Shown: one piece after another, positions 33,788 through 37,376 of the stretch
How positions within the stretch are numbered: position 1 is the stretch's first letter
How the letters are laid out: the number at the start of each line of letters is the position of its first letter
Assembly (NCBI GenBank): GCA_009782825.1
Contig: WRII01000027.1
Span: forward strand, 1 to 37,376
Source of the DNA: Peptococcaceae bacterium
GTDB taxonomy: Bacteria > Bacillota > Desulfitobacteriia > Desulfitobacteriales > Syntrophobotulaceae
Length of the DNA: 37,376 nt
Direction of reading: 5' to 3'
Notes under the pieces: model-generated
What the model was told of the DNA's origin: nothing
The model's input: only the letters and a program-made list of their open reading frames with translations
The model's database searches: none
Program-made: the position numbers and the translations under genes

Positions 33788-34609
33788 ATGCAGGAGATTC
33801 TCAGACAGATTTCAAATTTACCTATGAATTGGTTAAGCATCATCGACATCATTATTGTGGCGGTGATCATTTATCAAATCCTAATCCAGTTCAAAGGCAC
33901 CCGTGCCATGACCCTGTTGAACGGCCTGCTGATTCTGGCCATCGTCACCTACCTGGCTGCTCTGCTCAACCTGCAAACCCTGTCCTGGGCGTTGACCGGC
34001 GCCTGGGCTATGATGGCCGTGGCTCTGCCCGTGGTCTTTCAGCCCGAATTGCGCCGAACCTTGGAACGGCTCGGACGTCAGTCGCCTTTGAATATCCATA
34101 CCCATTCGGCCAGCGCGGAAGAAATGGAAGTCGCCATGCGGGAAATCGTGAAAACTGTCAAAAATCTCTCCGACAATCGTATCGGCGCCCTTATTGTCTT
34201 AGAAAAAAACACCGGCATTCAGGAATACATCGACACCGGCCTCAAAATAGAAGGTTCCGTCTCCGCGGAACTTTTGCTCAGTATCTTTATGCCCTCGACC
34301 CCTCTCCACGACGGAGCCGCCATTATCCGCGGCGCCCGTGTGATGGCCGCCGGATGTTTTCTGCCTCTGTCTCAGAACACCTCTCTGCAGCAAACCCTGG
34401 GAACACGCCATCGAGCCGCGCTTGGCCTGTCAGAAGTCTGCGACGCGCTGATTATTATTGTCTCAGAGGAAACGGGCATTATTACCACCGCCCAGCATGG
34501 TCAGATAAAAAGATCCCACGATGAGAAGAGCTTGCGCGACGCCCTCAGAAATGAATTTATGGTAGACAAAAAAGAAGATATCAAAAAAGATTTCATGTTT
34601 TGGAAATGA
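33788..34609 (+). CDS. cdaA: Diadenylate cyclase (c-di-AMP synthase), membrane-anchored DisA_N type
   Basis: Three N-terminal transmembrane helices. The DAC domain has GALIVLE, the DGA motif (PLHDGAAII) and RHRAALG. The RBS aggag is present. Confidence 0.9.
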   Translation: MQEILRQISNLPMNWLSIIDIIIVAVIIYQILIQFKGTRAMTLLNGLLILAIVTYLAALLNLQTLSWALTGAWAMMAVALPVVFQPELRRTLERLGRQSPLNIHTHSASAEEMEVAMREIVKTVKNLSDNRIGALIVLEKNTGIQEYIDTGLKIEGSVSAELLLSIFMPSTPLHDGAAIIRGARVMAAGCFLPLSQNTSLQQTLGTRHRAALGLSEVCDALIIIVSEETGIITTAQHGQIKRSHDEKSLRDALRNEFMVDKKEDIKKDFMFWK

Positions 34610-34626
34610 TTCAGGAGGTTATAGGC

Positions 34627-35607
34627 ATGAACATCAAGATTCGTCATCTCTTCAGCCGTAATATAGGTTATAAAATTTTCTCTGTGGTGTGCGCTGTCAT
34701 CGTTTGGTTTGTGGTCACAGGACAGGCGGAGACATTCAGCTTTCTTGGCACCAAAACCGTCCCCGTACAAGTTGAACTGCGAAACACCCCGGCTAATCTG
34801 ATTGTCCTTAATGAGCTGCCAACTATTCATGTGGATGTCAGCGCTCAAAACAGCGATAAAGAAATCCATGCCTATATTGACCTCGAAAATGCCGCCATTA
34901 ATACCGACACCGGGCCAACCTCTTACACCATCAAAGTCGATCCCGGAGAAGGAGGCACTGTAAAAAAGGTTAGTCCCAGCACCCTCCCTCTGGATATTGA
35001 CAAGTTAAGTGATAAGTCGATGCATGTCGAGACCCAGATAATAGGAAAACCAGCCAAAGGATATGTGGCGGGAGATCCTATTCTGACCCCCAGTGAAGTA
35101 GTGGTCAGAGGACCTCAAAGCATCATCGACAAGATGGAAAAAGTGGGGGTGGAAGTCAATATCGACGGCGCAGACAGTACATTGCGCACATCCCGTCCCA
35201 TTGTGTATAAGGATTTTGGCGTATTCAACATTTTTTCTCCTGATCCCGAATATAAGAGATTGACAGCTTTGACAGGGGCTGTGGATGTCATTGTCCCCAT
35301 TTATGAAGCCGGCAGTATAAGTAAAATAGTCCCTCTCAGCGTCACCATCGACGGAACAGTTGCCAACGGATATGAAGTGCTCTCCGCTGAACCGCTGCCT
35401 GCCGTCATAACACTGATCGGTCCTGAGCAGACGCTGGCTGAGATCTCTGAAGTTCATCTCGGCGCCCTCTCTGTTGACGACCTGAACAGCAGCAAAGTTT
35501 TCGACATTGACTCCGCGGCTCTCTCTCTGCCGGAAAAGGTCATCATGGTTCTGGATACAAAAATCAAGGTTCTAATCAGCCTCCATGATAAGATAGTTAA
35601 TATCTAA
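34627..35607 (+). CDS. cdaR: CdaA regulatory protein CdaR (YbbR-like repeat protein)
   Basis: N-terminal transmembrane anchor followed by repeated YbbR-like beta modules. It occupies the conserved position between cdaA and glmM. ATG at 34627 after the RBS ggagg. The annotated ORF start at 34600 overlaps cdaA. Confidence 0.8.
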   Translation: MNIKIRHLFSRNIGYKIFSVVCAVIVWFVVTGQAETFSFLGTKTVPVQVELRNTPANLIVLNELPTIHVDVSAQNSDKEIHAYIDLENAAINTDTGPTSYTIKVDPGEGGTVKKVSPSTLPLDIDKLSDKSMHVETQIIGKPAKGYVAGDPILTPSEVVVRGPQSIIDKMEKVGVEVNIDGADSTLRTSRPIVYKDFGVFNIFSPDPEYKRLTALTGAVDVIVPIYEAGSISKIVPLSVTIDGTVANGYEVLSAEPLPAVITLIGPEQTLAEISEVHLGALSVDDLNSSKVFDIDSAALSLPEKVIMVLDTKIKVLISLHDKIVNI

Positions 35608-35637
35608 AGTCATTACGAAAGGAAGTCGTGCATAGAT

Positions 35638-37020
35638 ATGGAAAAACTATTTGGAACTGACGGTGTCCGCGGTATAGCCAATAGAGATCTGACACCGGAG
35701 CTGGCTTTTCGCCTTGGGCAGGCCGCTGCCTACCATCTGGGAAAACAGAGGACTTCGGACACCCCCCCCAAGGCAGAGACGAAAGGAAAATTTATTATCG
35801 GACGGGATACACGGATATCCGGCAGCATGCTGGAAGCCGCGCTGGCGGCGGGCATTTGCTCCATGGGCGTCGATGTGTATACCGCGGGAATTCTCCCGAC
35901 ACCGGCGGTGGCTTTTTTGACCAAAAAACTTGAAGCCTGTGCGGGGGTGGTCATCTCGGCATCCCACAATCCGGCTCCGGATAACGGCATCAAATTTTTT
36001 AGTCTGTCAGGATATAAATTTCCTGACGAGGTGGAACAAGAGATCGAAGCCCAGGTTCACCGGGATCTGGAAGGCGAAAGACCTGTGGGAGACCGTGTGG
36101 GGCGCATTATCCCTATGCCCCAAGCCGGAGAGGAATATATGGCCTTTCTGAAAGGCCTGGCGCCTTCTTTGGAGGGGCTCAACGTTGTGGTGGACTGCGC
36201 GAATGGCGCCGCGGGAGCTATCGCGCCCCGTCTTTTTAAGGCTCTGGGAGCGGCGAGTGTGATTCCGGTTTATGACAGTGTTGATGGCATGAGCATCAAT
36301 GTGATGTGCGGATCTACGCATCCTGAACGGATGTCGCAAAAAGTGGCGGCGTGTCACGCGGATTTGGGGCTGGCTTTTGACGGCGACGCCGATCGAGTTA
36401 TTGCTGTGGATGAGAATGGCTGTATCGTTGACGGAGACGCCATTATGCTTGTCTGCGCCCTCCACTTGAAGGAACGTCAGCTTTTGAGACACAATAAGAT
36501 TGTGCTGACAGTGATGAGTAATTTGGGACTGCGCCGGGCTTTGGCTGACCACGGCATTGATATCGAAGAAACGGCCGTGGGGGACCGCTATGTTTTGGAG
36601 CGGCTGCAGGCCACGGATACGGTGTTGGGCGGGGAACAGTCCGGACATATTATTTTTGCGCAGCATGCCACGACTGGGGACGGGATTTTATCAGCGTTGA
36701 AGCTGATGGAGGTCATGAAGGACACAGGAAAGAAGCTGTCGGAGTTGACAGCGCCTTTTCAGCGCTATCCTCAAGTGCTTCAAAATACCCGGGTCAAAGA
36801 TAAGGAGGCTGTTCTTCAGAGTTCTGAGCTTCGCACTGTTATTGCCCAAGTGGAGGACCGCTTGGGGGACAATGGCAGAATTTTGGTTCGTCCTTCGGGC
36901 ACAGAGCCGCTGATTCGCGTTATGCTGGAGGGTCCTGAGAAGGAAGAGCTGGAAGCTATCGCTCAGGAAGTGATTGATGTGATTGATGGGGTTGATGGGG
37001 TTGATGGGGTTGGGGAATAA
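35638..37020 (+). CDS. glmM: Phosphoglucosamine mutase
   Basis: MEKLFGTDGVRGIAN. The active-site motif GVVISASHNPAPDNGIKFF has the phospho-serine. GEQSGHIIF is present. It carries an 18-aa insertion (GKQRTSDTPPKAETKGKF). The C-terminal tail repeat VIDVIDGVDGVDGVGE is encoded by gttgatgggg x3. Confidence 0.92.
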   Translation: MEKLFGTDGVRGIANRDLTPELAFRLGQAAAYHLGKQRTSDTPPKAETKGKFIIGRDTRISGSMLEAALAAGICSMGVDVYTAGILPTPAVAFLTKKLEACAGVVISASHNPAPDNGIKFFSLSGYKFPDEVEQEIEAQVHRDLEGERPVGDRVGRIIPMPQAGEEYMAFLKGLAPSLEGLNVVVDCANGAAGAIAPRLFKALGAASVIPVYDSVDGMSINVMCGSTHPERMSQKVAACHADLGLAFDGDADRVIAVDENGCIVDGDAIMLVCALHLKERQLLRHNKIVLTVMSNLGLRRALADHGIDIEETAVGDRYVLERLQATDTVLGGEQSGHIIFAQHATTGDGILSALKLMEVMKDTGKKLSELTAPFQRYPQVLQNTRVKDKEAVLQSSELRTVIAQVEDRLGDNGRILVRPSGTEPLIRVMLEGPEKEELEAIAQEVIDVIDGVDGVDGVGE

Positions 37021-37073
37021 GTAGTATTTGATAATCCTACAAATTTAGATTAGTTAGGAAAGTGAGTGGAATT

Positions 37074-37271
37074 ATGGGCAACGAAAAGATATTTTATTAT
37101 ATGTCTGGAGAAGAAGCAAATAAAGTTTTTGATTTAGAGACTTTGACTCTTCACACAGGTGGGTTGTATGAACCATGCATAAAAGGCCGTATGCTTTTTG
37201 TGTACAACGGGGATCTTGTCATTGATCTTAAAGAAAACGAGAATTTCTATATTAACCTAAAAGTCGGCTAA
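37074..37271 (+). CDS. Small hypothetical protein (65 aa)
   Basis: ORF with ATG at 37074. A weak RBS (gtgagtgg) is present. No recognisable motif. Near the window end. Confidence 0.25.
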   Translation: MGNEKIFYYMSGEEANKVFDLETLTLHTGGLYEPCIKGRMLFVYNGDLVIDLKENENFYINLKVG

Positions 37272-37376
37272 CCTGTACTTAAGACGAAACCCCCACCAAT
37301 AACCCCCCCCTTATATTAAAAAAAGCTTGAAATAGAGCATTTTCCGCTTGCGTTTTATTTAAGTATATGATATAAT

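Overview
A 37.4-kb chromosomal segment from what looks like a low-to-moderate GC Firmicutes (Clostridia-like) genome. The GC content and the Firmicutes-style gene order support this, but I cannot resolve the genus. The housekeeping backbone is: nfeD-floT (minus strand); ileS-pduL-lspA-rluD; a compact pyr operon, pyrR-pyrB-pyrC-pyrK-pyrD-pyrF; a minus-strand sensory block of HD-GYP response regulator, SplB-like radical SAM protein and a ~1000-aa hybrid histidine kinase; a lipoprotein-birA operon (minus strand); and wecB followed by cdaA-cdaR-glmM. Two accessory insertions interrupt this backbone. The first is an XRE regulator plus an AlbA_2/HATPase_c_4 (Schlafen-like) cassette, bracketed by ~30-bp direct repeats and sitting between nfeD and ileS. 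The second is the most interesting locus: a tightly translationally coupled three-gene operon at 23181-29386. It encodes a 953-aa alpha-helical protein, a 592-aa protein with a C-terminal SWIM zinc finger, and a 522-aa reverse transcriptase. The RT carries retron-type hallmarks (GRSVVTGAQAH and RQAVTGIVIN motifs, YADD). A ~200-nt structured non-coding region lies downstream of it, with 12-14-nt a1/a2-like inverted repeats flanking a 15-bp perfect hairpin; this is a candidate msr/msd. After that comes an AT-rich, apparently foreign tail. The window also has two other notable features. There is a three-copy intercistronic RNA-like element (heptamer repeats GTGGTCA/GTGGTTA plus a GCGGGC-N3/4-GCCCGC hairpin). 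All copies are in the same orientation relative to local transcription and each sits immediately 5' of the RBS of a downstream gene. There are also many short tandem repeats, both intergenic and in-frame inside otherwise conserved housekeeping and system genes.
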